Assembly (NCBI GenBank): GCA_010405405.1 | Contig: MU004230.1 | Span: 2,018,627-2,082,626, forward strand | Direction of reading: 5' to 3' | DNA: 64,000 nucleotides | Origin: Microthyrium microscopicum | Lineage: Eukaryota | Part shown: positions 48,783 through 62,782 of the stretch, piece after piece | Position numbering within the stretch: position 1 is the first letter of the stretch | How the letters are laid out: every line of letters starts with the position of its first letter | The notes under the pieces: model-generated | Databases searched by the model: none | Seen by the model: the letters and a program-made list of their open reading frames with translations, nothing else | Told to the model about the DNA's origin: nothing | Position numbers and translations under genes: made by a program

Positions 48783-51204
48783 GACAAGATATAAGGGGCG
48801 GGCGTTTTAATATGAACCTCTTTTTCGAGTCAGAAAGATCGAAGGTAGGCAAACAAGATCCGTTGCGTGTAAACAAATCAGATACCCGATATGGGTTGTG
48901 GCGGATTAACAGAGGTTGCTAATGGGTGATTGCAGAAGTGTCGACTCCGGAGCGAGCAACTACTGGCAGAATCAATTGCTCGTTTGCGAGGAAGGCGTAT
49001 TTTGATGTTTGTTGGGGCTATGAGCGAGTTGTCCCTCCAGTTCGACAGTTCCAGTACCGGTTATACTATGTCAATTGCCGACGTTGATGTGGGATATGGG
49101 TGATCGTGGATATGGTGCCAAAGTGGAAGGGTGTTTCTGGTCGTCGCCCTGAACATGGCCAATGTGAGGACTCTCGAGTATCAACATGAGCAGTAAAATC
49201 AACCCATTGAGGGGCGGTCGACGGTCGAGGTCAGAGAAAGATCCCAATAGTGGTAGACTCGGGCTAAAACGGGATAATCTATAGGCCAATGCTTGCATCA
49301 AACTAAGGAGGGTTACCTGGATAACATCAAATGTAATAACCACTCGATTGTGTTAATCACACCCAGTGTGCAGTTAGGTACTGCAGTGGGCCCCTTTCAT
49401 GGAAGCTGGACTTGGACACTTCAGTTTGCCGAGCAGAAATCCATATTTATAATCAAACAGGACCGGCTATTGAACCACTTGAGAGTTGTAGTTGGAGTTC
49501 TGAAGCTCAAAATGTTCCGCTAAAATAAGTACTGACTCGTGTGAAGTGCTCCACATGGTACCGGTACCAGATGATAGATCTTATTGTGGATATTCAGTAG
49601 TCAATCTTCAAAACTTTATCAATAATGTCAAGATCCTCCACTAGATTCCAGAAGATCTGGCTCTCGGGGTGCATATCGCGGAAAACACGGGAACAGCACC
49701 AAACCCTATGAACAGTGAGCACTCATTGAAAAAACTTCACTAAGATGCATTCTTCTGCAATTGGACGGCGAACCACGCATGTAAAGAGCCTCTACTTGAT
49801 AGAAGCAGACAAGCTCACTGATGCTTCACTAGGTGCAGGTGAAGGAGACGAGGTTGCATTGGGTGCTTGCCTTGCATTCCTGTACTATAAGTTGGTAAGA
49901 GGGGCAATTTCTCTGCGATAGAATTTTCCTTTTTATCAGAAGCTGCGAAGCAGAATTGGGCAGCTGTGTGTGGTTTGGTACAAAGAACATGTACTTCTTC
50001 CCATTCCTACATGATCAGGCGCCTGATCGATCGATCATAGAGAAATCTGCAGTCGCTCTGGAAGGGTAATCTTTTCGTATAAACGAAAGTGTGATCGATT
50101 CTACCTATAATCCGTCGTTGGGCTGAAATGGTGTTGTTGGCCGATGTTGTACAGAGATCAACCAACAACCTTTCGTATCACGAACATGGAGGACCGTTGA
50201 TCCCAACGTTCAGAATGCTGCCGTGGCCGCATTTACATCCCTTGCACTATCCATGTGCACATGGTCACTTTTTGCATCGCAAAAAGAGGCCAGCAGGGTC
50301 CACATGCAGGCTTTTGGAGGTTGGAATGAGGCAACGCGGGGAAACGGGGTGGTGGTAACGAATGAGGAGAGCAAATTTGTCTTTCATGCAGCTCACGAGC
50401 AGCTCTGGGAAGGTATTTGCAGAATTGATGGAGATGGCACCGCTGGGCTCAATCATCGGACCTTTTGCTGCTGTCTGTCATACTCGCCGAGCATATGAAC
50501 TTCTTGTGTCGCCCAATCAAGAATTACACAAGAAAGCACCCAGAATGAAGGGGAGCTAAAGTAGACTCTAGAGGCAACGCAAGATGGTGAGCGGAGGCTG
50601 GGCTTGGTGGAGACTGAGTCGGCGAGGGTGGACTAAGAAAGTCAGAATCCCCAGAATTTGTTCCATTTCAGGAACAGCTATCTCCGGCCCGTTCCTACCG
50701 CGAATCCTGATGGATAGACAAATACCAACCAAAGTGCTGTTTGCAGATAAAAGCGGCTAGGTTGTTGTTTACTAGTTTGAGGTTGTTGGATGTGTTTTGG
50801 TTGTTGTGAGACCCTGGATTTTGGGATTCAAACGTGACCCTCAAGACCCTCCACTGGCACGTCATGAGCTCAAGCGCTTCGGTGCTGAGGCCGCCGTGAA
50901 GCCTTGGGCTTACCACTGTTGACTCTCTTTGTTTGTTTCGAGCATTTGATTTTCTTTCTCTTCATATTCTCCAGCTCTATCCTTCGCGTCCAGTTCTGTC
51001 CTAAAGTTTGGTTGTTGCGGTACAAAGACAAACAGCTGGTGCCTGTTTCACCTGGAGCCCGATTATAATCCGGGGACGAGAATACGCCGTATCACAACCC
51101 CTTTCATCGCCCAGATGTCATGAATATCACTTTATCGTAGCGTGATACCTCACTGAGTGCTATCTGCAACATCTGCGGCTTCCCTTTGTCCGCATACAAC
51201 CGAC

Positions 51205-54089
51205 ATGGAAGAAGACGACCGGGTCCTAGAAATAGGCCAGCACTACAACGACGAACGGGAGCGTCCCACATCGCCACTTCTTCAAAGACGTACCTATTCA
51301 ACGCGTTCTCTAGACCCATCTCAGCGGTTCAGCAGGCGTAGTAACGATCCTGATGAGAGCTCGAGCCTACTGGATCATATTGATGGGCCTCTTGGACGGT
51401 CGTACCGCAGCATTGCTTCGACTGGCCCAGCAACTCCTCGTCCGCAGCGGCAACACAGCTATAGCACGAATGCCCGTCTTACGCGAAATCACAGTCGAAG
51501 AAATTCGGCACAATTTAGCCAGCGGCTGGTGAATGCTCTGGGGGCTGAACGAACACAACGACAGACGGGACTTGGTATGTTCACCAAAAAAAGGCGTAGC
51601 CTGACGTGAAAAGTAACTAACCACGTTTGCAGAATCGAGCCTTTACGCGTCGAAATCCTTCTTTCTTACCGATCGCGTTTGGTACGATCAGTTTACATCA
51701 ACGGACTGGGTGCACGATCAAATCGCTGATGCGTTCCGCGTAAAAGCATTGCATAATGAAAAGGGCTTGCGTGGCAGGTTACATATACTATATGATGCTG
51801 TTCAAGGCTGGATACTGGTTGCGATCATTGGCATTCTTACAGCCTTGGTTGCATACTTTGTCAATGTGGCGGAAGGCACCATGTTCGATTATAAGTCTGG
51901 TTACTGCGAGACAGGATGGTATCTTGCTAAAAAGAAATGCTGTTCTGGAGCTAGCATCTGCGATAACTGGAGAAAGTGGTCCCAAGTCATACGGACTGAC
52001 AGTATCGAGGACGAGTCCATCGACTTTCTGGCCTTCATTGCATTTGTTGTTTCCTTGTCAGTCATTGGGTGTATGCTCACCCTTATGACAAAGACTGTCA
52101 TTCCATCCTCAATATCAATCACCACCCTGGATGAGAATCTAGGGGCTGATCGGGTTCACAATGCTGAGGATGATGAAGGCGTTGGCAAAGCTCCTGATGG
52201 CTCGTCTACCTTTGCAGAAGTAAATGTCCGACCATCTATGGTATATTACGCAGCCGCTGGCTCTGGGGTTGCTGAGATCAAAGTAATTGTTTCAGGCTTC
52301 GTGCTTCACGGTTACCTTGGTGTACAAACCTTGGTGATCAAAGCTCTTGGCTTGGTCTTTAGCGTTGCATCTGGACTATCTGTTGGAAAAGAAGGTCCAT
52401 TTGTGCATATTGCCACCTGTGTTGGCAATGTGTGCTGCCGTCTGTTTCCCAAATACAACCGGAATGATATGAAAAGACGAGAAGCATTGAGTGCTGCAGC
52501 TGCAAGTGGAGTAGCGGTTGCGTTTGGTGCCCCAATAGCTGGAGTACTTTTCAGCTTGGAGGAGATATCTTACTACTTTCCACCGAAAACCCTCTTTCGA
52601 ACCTTCTTTTGCTGCATTGTAAGTCCAACCTAAATTCACCTCGCCATACAAAGGTAAGACCGGACATTGACTACGTGCAGGTGGCTGCTCTGTCTCTAAA
52701 ATTTCTCAATCCCTATGGAACCAACAAGATAGTCCTCTTTGAGGTTCGCTATATTACGGACTGGTACTCATTTGAGATGCCAATATTTATCTTTCTAGGA
52801 ATCCTAGGGGGAGTTCTTGGAGCGTTGTTCATCAAAGCAACCCGGATCTGGGCTCAAACCTTCCGCCGTATACCTGCCATCAAGAAGTATCCAATGTTTG
52901 AAGTTATTCTGGTCGCCCTTGTGACTGGAATTGTAAGTTTCTGGAATCGCTATACCCGCATTCCTGTTACGGAGTTACTGTTGGAACTTGCCAGTCCATG
53001 TGATGCCTATTCACAATCTGGCTTCGGACTTTGTCCTGATCGAGAGAATATTCCCAATGTTATATGGTATCTTTCGATAGCATTCGTCATCAAGGCGATC
53101 CTCACTACCATCACCTTTGGTATCAAAATACCTGCCGGCATCTACGTACCGTCCATGGTTGTTGGTGGTATTCTTGGCAGAATTGTAGGCCATGGAGTTC
53201 AGTACTTGGCCCTTACCTACCCAAGCTCGGGATTATTTGGTACCTGCAACCCTGATGGTGCACCAGAGGACTGTGTCGTGCCTGGAGTGTACGCAATGGT
53301 CGCCGCTGGAGCAACCATGTGCGGTGTAACACGACTTTCCGTCACCCTTGCGGTCATACTTTTCGAACTCACTGGCAGTCTTGACCATGTGCTACCATTC
53401 TCTATCGGTGTGCTCGTATCCAAGTGGACCGCTGACATGATTGAGCCTCGTAGCATCTACGATCTCTTGACCGACATGAACAGCTATCCGTTCCTGGACA
53501 ATAAGCATCGTCCGATTTTCACCTCTGAGTTTGAGGAGATCATCCCACGCCATCTTCGCGAACCGCGCTATATTGACATCACCGCTTCCCCGCTGGTACC
53601 TGCTACTGAGCTCCGCGGCAAACTCGAAAAGCTCCACGAAGCCGGCGAAATTGACGGAGGCCTGCCAATACTACGCAATGGTGTACTGGTCGGCCTCATC
53701 CCGGCTCCTGACCTCGAGTTTGCACTTGACAAGCTAGATAATGAAGAGAATAGTTTGTGCCTCATGGCTTCTGACATACCTTGGCAAGGATACGAAGACG
53801 AAGACGATATCAATGACGGAGGTAGCGATGCCGATCCAACCGACTTTACTCGATATATAGATCCGGCTCCAGTCGCCCTTGATGTGCACTCACCACTGGA
53901 TCTGGTCTTTGAATGTTTTGTAAAGCTGGGCTTGCGATATGTATGTGCATCTCGGGATGGGCTATATGCTGGCATGGTAAGTTTACTAGAAAACCCAGCA
54001 CTGACATGATCTAACGAGCACAGGTGCATAAGAAAGCGTTTGTCAAGTACTGCAAAGACTTGGAAACAGCTAAACACAACACAACATGA
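51205..54089 (+). CDS. CLC-family chloride channel/Cl-H+ antiporter
   Basis: GSGVAE, GKEGP (gating Glu), FSLEE, GIYVPS and C-terminal CBS-like region. Introns ~51576-51632, 52619-52680 and 53977-54023. Confidence 0.93.
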
Positions 54090-54301
54090 ATCCATTTACA
54101 AGGCGGTTGCATCTTCTGGCGTTGGATTACCGATATTGCATCTTAATAGCGTGCATTTTTTGACTGCATCATCATTACTCAGTTGTAAATTGGTTTCCGT
54201 TTGTTTTGGTTTGCGATAGTTGGATACCCAAGAATTATTCTAGACTGAATACAAAGTACTATGTTCTATAGATTTCGACAAACCGCTAACACGTACACGC
54301 T

Positions 54302-55560
54302 TCACCATTCCCCACACTCATAATAATTCCCCCAAAAGTCCTTTTTCCACGCTTGAACAAGATTAATCACAGCGCTATCAGCAAACGGCGCGATCTGAGT
54401 CGCAAATAGACCCGCCACGCCTGCTACTCTGCTCGCAAACCACACCGGATTAGTCGCTCCCGCCCATCCTAGAACCTTTTTTGGCTGGTAATTTTCTGGT
54501 ACCCCTCCAGCAATTGCACCAGCGAGGCCATGGTTCATATGCTTATCCAGATCCCGGCCACCAAGTAGCCCCATACCAAGATTGAGCTCTCGCATCATCG
54601 AAATAGGAGGTGAATCCTCCGCCAATTGTGGCGCAAACATCTGATCAACTGTGTCTGCTTTCAACAGCTTTGGTGTGTCGGATATGATATCTTTCAGGAC
54701 GGCGAGGTAATCGGCCGCTGTAAAGCACAAGCCATCTCCGCCCGTCTGGTCAACGGCATTGTCGCCAAAGTCCAGCAAACCAGGCTTGAGTCCGCCATCT
54801 GGCGCCCGCTCGCCTGCTTGCTGTAGTCGTGCTGCGTATTCTGGGTGTGCAGAGAGATGGAATGTCGGAAATGGAGCGACGAGGCCTAACGGCTCCCATA
54901 TATTCTCAATGAAGTACTCTTCCAGAGACATATTGCCGTTCAATCGCCGCACGACGATGCCAGCCCAGTCAATACTTGGGCCGTAAAGCCACCCCTCACC
55001 AGGCTCGAATATGAGCGGGTAGTTGAAGTATTCTGCCGTGATCTGAGAGCTAGCAGCCTGTTTGCCTTGCTCAGTCTCAGCCCATTTGGTGAGCAGTGGA
55101 TGCATCATTGCGTATCCAAGGCCAGACGTGTGGGTGAGTAGATGGCGAGCAGTGACCTTCTTCGTGCTAAGTTTGGTGATCAGCTTCCCATCGGATTCGC
55201 CAGTCAAGATTTCCTTGTTGGTTAGTTCAGGAAGGATCTTGTCCAGGGGCTCGTCGAGGCCGATGAGACCTTTCTCGATGCATTGGAGCAGGGCGATGCT
55301 GGTGATGAGCTTTGTCATGCTTGCGCCTTTGAACACGGCGTCTTCCTTCAAAGGTGAGGCATCTTCCGAGAGGGAATCATAGCCTGCGATTTTGCTGTAG
55401 ATTTGCTTGCCTATCAGGTCCTCGCATTAGCTAATCATGAGTGTAACTGATAACTTGACACGATCATACCATTTTTGTCTACGACTTTGAATAGGGCACC
55501 ATGTACTTCAGCGTTCCCCTTGGAAGTGTATTCAGCAAGAAGTTCATCAAAGTCTGACAT
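54302..55560 (-). CDS. Beta-lactamase-fold serine hydrolase (LovD/transesterase-like)
   Basis: SMTK (SxxK), HLLTHTSG, FEPGEGWLYG and LGWAG. Intron ~55412-55469. Confidence 0.88.
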
Positions 55561-56437
55561 CTTGGAATAGAAAAGCGGAGAAAAGATATGTCAATGTAGT
55601 GGTTGGAGCCTTTGATGTTCATTGTAGCAGGGATGGGAGGTTAATGGCTTGGACTACTTGTGTCTGTAGCTGTTAGTTCTTATAATTACTATGTACCTCT
55701 TACTTTAGTGCTTTGCTCAGTTTTTGTTTATGCCACGATTCTACAAAACGATACAGCGCAGATCTCGAACGTGGCTCTAGGCATCAACACCTCGGAACTA
55801 AACGGTCGGATCATCGGCAGCGCGGTGGAGCTTTATAATGAAGCTAGTAAAAGGTCGAAAGTAGAGCTTTGCTCGTTGTGTCCTTGTGTATCCTACCGGG
55901 TGCTACTCGACTTGACACCTCGCAGATTTAGGGCTGATCTTTAACACATGCGGTTCAGATCAAAGCTGGACGAAGGAGTTGGTGGTTAGAATAAGCCTAT
56001 GAAGAACATGCATACAATACTCTGTACTGACGCTAAATCCTCAGCTAGCAAGATGCTTACACTATGAAAAGTGCTTTGTGAAAGCAAAGAATCAAATTCC
56101 TACAAAAACAACGTTCTAAAACTACATACGAATGCGCAAGAAACCAAATCAGCTATACAAGCGCCCTGGCCATTTTGGAGTGGAGATACCTGTGTACAAC
56201 GCCTTTCTAAAAGCCATTCACCAAGCACAATCACTATCGACACGCCCATGGATTATGAAGTACATTTGTGCTTTGCCGACAGGAATGAGCACGATCTTGA
56301 AACAAAACACCCTTATGCGGCCAAGTACTCCCTCTTTTGAAATTGGACCAGTGCAATGTACAGTAGTAATGACTTTCTATAATCCTCCTCGTGTGGGCGC
56401 GTGCCATTGTTATCACAAAAGTTTGCCTTGGTGTTGC

Positions 56438-57493
56438 TTAGGCCTTGTTTTCTGCTTCTTTGGCGCCAGCATCTTCTACGGCAGCATCTTCAGCCTCAGA
56501 GGTCTCGTGGACTAGTTCTTGTTCGGTGGAGGTTTCGACGTCTTCCTGTTTGGGGGCAGCGGGTTTACTGCCATCAGCCCGGTATATAGCTTCCTCAGGG
56601 GCCAAAGCTTTTGGCTTGTCCTTGGTGAAGGCTTCCATGGCAGCGGTACGCCCAGAATGGCTGTAATCAACGCGGAGAGTTCGGCCACCGACCTCATGGC
56701 CGTTTAGCTTAGCATGGGCAGCCTCAGCACTGGGGACATCCAAGAAGTCGGCATGGGCGAAACCACGAGGTTGGCCACTACGGCGGTCGATGGCAATGCG
56801 CACATCACGGATGTTGGCTAGTGGACGGAAGAGGTTATTGAGCTCGCGATCGGTAAGGGTGTATGCGAGGTTGCCGATGAAGAGAGTGCTGGTTGGGCCC
56901 TCAGGCTGCTTGCGCTCTTTTGCGACGAATAGTGGGCGGACGTAGTTGACGACCATTCGGCGACCCTTGAATGCAGATCCGTCGGAGTCTGATCGAGCCC
57001 GTATGGCGTCCTCAAGGTTCTCGAACTCTACGAATCCGTATCTAAGGGGTGTTAGAGGTAATCGTTATATGACAATGATGGATGTCGTACCCTTTGCTGA
57101 AACCTTTGAAATCAATCACGATTCGTGCTTCTGATATCTTCCCGAAAGACTCGAAATGTTCTCTAAGGCTTGCGGCAGTCACATCGAACGCGACATTACC
57201 AACATAAAGTTTCTTGTTCTGAGGGACGTTAAGACCATTAGATGATAGCGACTGTGCCTCGTCTTGTCTCAGGGCGAAGGTATTGCTGTAAAAGCGCGCG
57301 GCAGGTAGGGCAAAAGATGCGGCGATGTAGGAGGATTGGAGAGATCTTGATGTAATTCGAAGACCTTGTCTTGATGTCGATAGGAGAGCGCGCCGCGATG
57401 TGGAAGTGGCCAGGCGTACGGCAGCAGATCGAAGAGCGTCCCTAAAGGTTCAGTTAGTGAATGCTGAGGGATTCAATAGCATTACACTTACAT
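56438..57493 (-). CDS. Two-RRM RNA-binding protein with predicted mitochondrial presequence
   Basis: AT|G split by intron 57442-57491 gives MDALRSAAVRLATSTSRR..; then KLYVGNV..SKG|YGFVEF and LFIGNL..RGFAHADF. Confidence 0.85.
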
Positions 57494-57909
57494 TTTGAAG
57501 TCAATTGATGCAGGAGCGATGAAGGAATTAGTGCGTTTGATAAAGGAGAGGAAAACTTGAAGCTTTTGAAAGACGATAATCTTTTGCTTGAGAGTTGAGA
57601 CTGGGCTTGCAACTTTTTCGAGCTCGGGCCAGTCAGGAAGCGATGACATAATCATGCTTGACCAATTATGGCGCATCAATTGCCAGACTACAGTAATGAG
57701 ACTAGCGCCTCTTCAACATTCAAGCAGGATCCAAAGACTTTGATATACTCAACTGCTTACGACACCTGAGAATAAATATTTCGATCAGTAGCGGGAGAGG
57801 TTTGGTTCATATAGGCACATTAGTCCAGCAACACAAGAACTGTTGTAGCTTTTCATCCCTTGACTTGACAAGAATCATTGCATAAAAACCATCGTAATCT
57901 ATCTTTGTA

Positions 57910-59621
57910 CTGGGTCCTACCCCTGCTAAATTCAATGTGAACTATCGGTGTGCCACCAAAAACGCCTGTATTTACTATATATCAAAACGACTAATTACAA
58001 GACCATTCTAAGCCTAATTTAGATGATTTTTAGTACTATATATAGCCCCCGTTCGTAGCTATCACCGCAGCATAACGAGCAGGCATTGTTGCAATCAAAC
58101 GACGAAGCTATTCCTAAGTAATTGCATCCCAAGCTGCTTAAATAGCTCCTCGAAGCTAAATTAGGGTCAAACGGGCGTGAGTTTTATAGAGGGCCTAAAT
58201 GTGATTCTTCATTCTAGCCCAAATGGCTTTAATTAGGTTCAAATTAGGTAAGTAGGGAGGGAATTCCATCACGGGGATGCCCATAGATTCCAAGGTGTCT
58301 TTAGTCAACTTCGCAGTATGTAAAGAAGCGTTATCATGCATAAAAAGGGTCGCTATTAGTATTTCGTCAAAGAATTGGCCTACAAGAGGGCAAATCCGCT
58401 TAGAATACCCCTAAGCGGTAATCATCTTCCACCGTTTCTCCCAAAATAGATAAGATCCTTTCTTATCTCTACAAAACTGACTCCAAAACATTTATCCACG
58501 AGGGTAAGAAACCTTTAAAAAGACACAAGTATCTAAATATGCTTCACCTGCTTAACAAGTAATCCAACGCTTTTAGTGGTTGCCATTAACCCACGTCTCA
58601 TTAGACCAATCAACCTGCTACTACTAATCTAACGACTATATAATATAAGTATAGGCAAATTTAAGGCGTTTAGCTCTAGCAGCCACTAAAAGATATAGCT
58701 TACCTAAGGCAATTCTACGTTCAAATCCGCAGCTTCAAAGTACTATTTTAATCGTAGTGTCGCTAACGCTAAAGTAGGCAAACGAACCTCTAGCAAGCTC
58801 AACATACGTCATAGATCGATTCCAATGACTATCTGTAATAAACGAAATAATCTCGTTAGTCTGTTCATCGTTCAAGGCACGGCGGCAGCAAGTTCGGCGG
58901 GTAGGGGTAACATTTAGCTAAGAGAGAGTATATTAAACCTAATTACGTATAAATTTCAAAGCCTCAGCAATAGCTTGTTGAGGGAATCCAACAGCCTTCA
59001 GAGTATACACCTTCAAGCGATCATCGCGGGTAAGCTACGGAGACCAATTTGACACAGTTGTACCAGAAAACAAGGTATTATCAGTCCTAAAAGAGCTAGT
59101 GGCTAACAAATCAAGAGAATCCAGGCCTTCATCAATACCGATCCAGTCTGAATCAGAATCAGGATCAGGATCAAGGAACAGGGCCCCCAAATCAAGGTTC
59201 AAGTGATCAGGGGTGGTAGAGGGGGCTGGCGGCTCTTCTAGAGCCTCTCAAGGGATCCAAACGAACCACAAATTAGCAATATATTCCATAGTAATTGGTA
59301 AAGGGGCAAAGATAAGAGAATAAGTATGTTTTAATTGGTTAAGATAAGATAGAATAGTTAGTTATTGAAGCCAAAATAGACGCTCCAAGGGAGCTATTTA
59401 TCTACAAGGGAATACTGCAGGATTTAGAGCCAAAATAGGCAAAACGCCGCTAATTTATTAATGCCATTATGATCTACACCCAAAACAGGTTATATTACTT
59501 CAAAATAGGTTATTATAACACCAATAAACGCCTCTATAGAGCTCCTAATCAACCTGTCTAAAGATCACCATTGTAGATCCTGTGGCTTCCACATACTGGA
59601 TTCAGCAGGGGTAGGACTAAG
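57910..59621 (-). mobile_element. Tc1/mariner DD34E DNA transposon, ~1.7 kb, inactivated by RIP-like mutation
   Basis: 30-bp TIRs (24/30 identical) with TA on both sides. Transposase relics LTRDDRLKVYTL, WSNE, MHDNA, then 34 residues to FPPYLPNLNLIK. Many TAA/TAG stops; TpA-rich. Confidence 0.92.
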
Positions 59622-59704
59622 TATATTACACGTCCGTTGACCATACGACGAAATTTTGTTATCACTTCGATTCAACTACCAGCGCTACCTGTCTATCCTA
59701 CATC

Positions 59705-60078
59705 TCACTTTGACTCTTGAAGCCACGGGAACGCCTCCAAGTCCTCCTTGGGGTCAGCTGGTGCTTTGCTACCTTTACACAGGTTAAATTTGTACAGTAA
59801 GGTAAACGGTTGACATACTGCTCGGTGCATCAGATGATGGTGCAGGCGCCTTGCTCTTTTGAAATTCTGCCTTTGCTTGCGATATCAGGTTCTCTTTCTG
59901 TTCCCATTCGGTACGCTTGGCGCGTAATCGTTCGCCAGAAGATATGGAGAGTTGATGATAGAAGCCGTAGAAGACACCGAGGCCAAGTGCTGACCAGCGG
60001 AGTACCTAAACTGCGAGTCAGCAGTGTATTGCGAGCGCTAGAGGTATTTCAGCATACATTGACTCCCGACGAAGCCAT
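59705..60078 (-). CDS. ATP21: Mitochondrial F1Fo ATP synthase subunit e (Tim11/Atp21)
   Basis: Not in ORF track. Three exons give MASSGVN|VLRWSALGLGVFYGFYHQ..EQKENLISQAKAEFQKSK (GxxxG transmembrane helix plus coiled coil). Confidence 0.9.
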
Positions 60079-60575
60079 TATATTGAGCTCTTGCGGAGGA
60101 GATGCGCAGGACCGGAGGTAGTGTTGTGCAGCAGCAATAGAGTGCGCCTGTCCAATGGATTTATTGAGGTGTCAATTGTGAGTCGACCGAGGTATTAAGG
60201 AGGTGACGGAGGTATCTGGAACACGGCGACGTTGTAATTGTGAAGCTCCAGTTACAGAAACAACTTTTGACGATGGTTGAAGAAAGCACTTTGGCCTGCT
60301 GGGATCGGATTCGGGGGAGAGCTTTTTTGCCGACCACACTACGGGCTCCGATTGGTTGAGCGCTCCTGCCCCTGCAAGAGCAAGAGCAGTGCAGCATTAC
60401 ACTAATAACTACTCCCTCAGGCAAGGGCTTGCAGGCTCAACTTCAATGTTCAATGATCGCGTTTCCCTGTCAGCTATCCCCCATCTTCGACGCGAAACGC
60501 CGCATTGCCCCCGCTCGTACCTTTGATTACTTGTTTTCTTACAAAAGACTTGCGATAGGCAAGCCAAACGCGATC

Positions 60576-62782
60576 ATGGATGCTACTCGCGAAGCTCGTA
60601 TGGCGGAAATACAAAAGAAGAAGGCCAAACTTGAAGACTTGCGCCGAACTAGACAATTGAGAGGACAAGAAATTCACACAACTAGACAATCTCTCAGTGA
60701 CCGCTCTGATGTATGCTCAAGCCTTTTGCGGTTTAACACTATGGTACTGATTGATTTAGATTCATCAACCCTCCCCCAGTCGTCTCTCCAGTCGACAAGA
60801 TATAGACCACCTCTTGACAAGTATAGAGGGACAAAGTCCTCGAGGTAGAGGCAGCCGCCCAGAAAGCACAGCTAGCTCTCGTCCATTGAGTGGGCAGCGA
60901 TTATCTTCAGGCTCTGGTGAACCCGCATTAGAAGCGTCAACTCCTACGTCTGCGCCTAGCTCTACAATATACTCTTCCGCATCTACGCAAACACAAGTCG
61001 CGCCTCTTTCGACCGTCATCGAACCTACCTCTGAGCCTGCCCCTGCAATACCGAAGAAAGTGGAAGTAATCACGTACGAAAAGGGAACACAAACAAGCGA
61101 CGAGTTCGAATCGCAAAGGGCGCGTGGGGACGGGACAGAGGAATGGCCTGATGAATCGGAGGGTGCAAAAGAAGAGCAAAGAGCCAAAGAACTGGAACAA
61201 ATTCGAGAAGATTTGCGGAAAGAAGTTGAGGCTGAAGTGAGGTCCACACTTGAACAAACAAATGCGAATGGCGCGGAAACAACAAACGGACAGGATAGAT
61301 TTCCCTTGAGAGTTTTGACAGAAGAAGAGCGGGAGGCTGTCATTACTTCCCAAGACTTTAGAGAATTTGTCGACTCCTCGACCAAGATCATCGACCGAGC
61401 TCTGGACGAACAATATGATATTCTTTTTGATTATGCTCGAGGAAGTGGCAGACTTGACGACGATGAGGAAGATGAAGGCTATTCAAAGGGACGAAGCCGG
61501 CGAGGACGAAGGGTTAAACAAATCGCACAGTATTGGGATGAGAGATGGAGTAATAAGCGCATGATCAGCGACATAGACTTCTCTCCAAAGGTATGTCTAG
61601 TCGCAGACTTCGAAGCCAATGTTATTAATCAAAATATAGCAACCAGAATTGATGTTAGCATCTTTTACCAAGAATCCTTCCGCTCCTCAAGAACCACATG
61701 GTCTTGTTCAATTATGGAGCTCTGGTCTACGCTCCAGACCAGAACGCATCTTTCACAACCCCAGCTCAGACATTCTAACCGCCCGATTCTCCCCATTTCA
61801 CACCGACCTAATAGTTGGAGGATGCTATAGCGGTCAAGTTCTGATCTGGGATAAACGCGAGGCGTCACCTCTTCCCGTTCAGAAGACTCCCCTTACTGGT
61901 CTAGGCCATACCCATCCTATATACAGCCTGGACATTGTCGGCACCCAAAACGCCAACAATATCATCTCCTGCTCAACTGACGGTGTAGTGTGCACCTGGA
62001 GCATGGACATGCTCGCTCAACCCCAAGAGAAACTAGAACTTCGCGCCCCCATCAAACCTTCTGTTATCGACGATGTTGCCCCACAGTGCATCGCATTCCC
62101 CGCCTCAGATCCCACTTACTTTCTCGCCGGCACAGAAGAGGGAAGCATATACGCTTGTCACCGATATGAGCGCGCTGGTGCCAAAGCCGGCATCGATACA
62201 CGCGTTCTTTATGCTGGCCACGCCGCTCCAGTACTCGCACTGGACTTCCATCCCGCACGCGGCCCTGTGGATCTGGGTGATCTGGTTCTCAGCGCCAGCA
62301 TGGACTGGACCATCAAACTTTGGCGTGTCCGACCGCCAGCCACCCTCGGCGCAGCAGTCTCCGGCGCGCCGGCCGAACAAGGTCCGACAATCGACATTCC
62401 ACGCGAAGACATTGTCTACGCAGCAGCCTGGTCACCCGTGCGCCCAGGTGTCTTCGCTGCCGTTGATGGTGCTGGCTGGCTGGAAGTCTGGGATGTCAAA
62501 GCCGACGTAGAAGTACCAGTAGCGCGGGTGCAGCCAACGGCCGAGCAAGGGACCGCTTGGCCGAAGCGTAGTCTTAATAAGATTGCGTGGGAGCGCACAG
62601 AAGGCAAGCGATTGGCGGTCGGCGGACTGGATGGCGTGGTAACCGTGTTTGAGGTTGGCAGTGAGCTGGGAGGGACGGAAGGGGCACGGTCGGACGAATG
62701 GCAAGCGGTGAAGAAGGTTGTCAATCGGGCGGAGGCACAGTTGAGTGCCAAGTCGGTAGTGAGTAATGGCGATAGAAAGTAG
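60576..62782 (+). CDS. Cytoplasmic dynein intermediate chain (WD40)
   Basis: N-terminal EIQKKKAKLEDLRR coiled coil, TYEKGTQT light-chain motif, FVDSSTKIIDRAL, PVQKTPLTGLGHTHP and WD repeats. Two introns. Confidence 0.93.

Noticed and set aside
50013..50037. Short perfect palindromes or inverted repeats (also 12294-12316, 15693-15710, 17757-17770)
   Set aside because: Isolated 7-9 bp arms; a few are expected by chance in 64 kb.
40538..55560. CFEM, DUF1772, cysA, esterase and LovD-like hydrolase as a secondary-metabolite cluster
   Set aside because: No PKS, NRPS or terpene backbone gene and no cluster regulator; the genes are interleaved with housekeeping genes.
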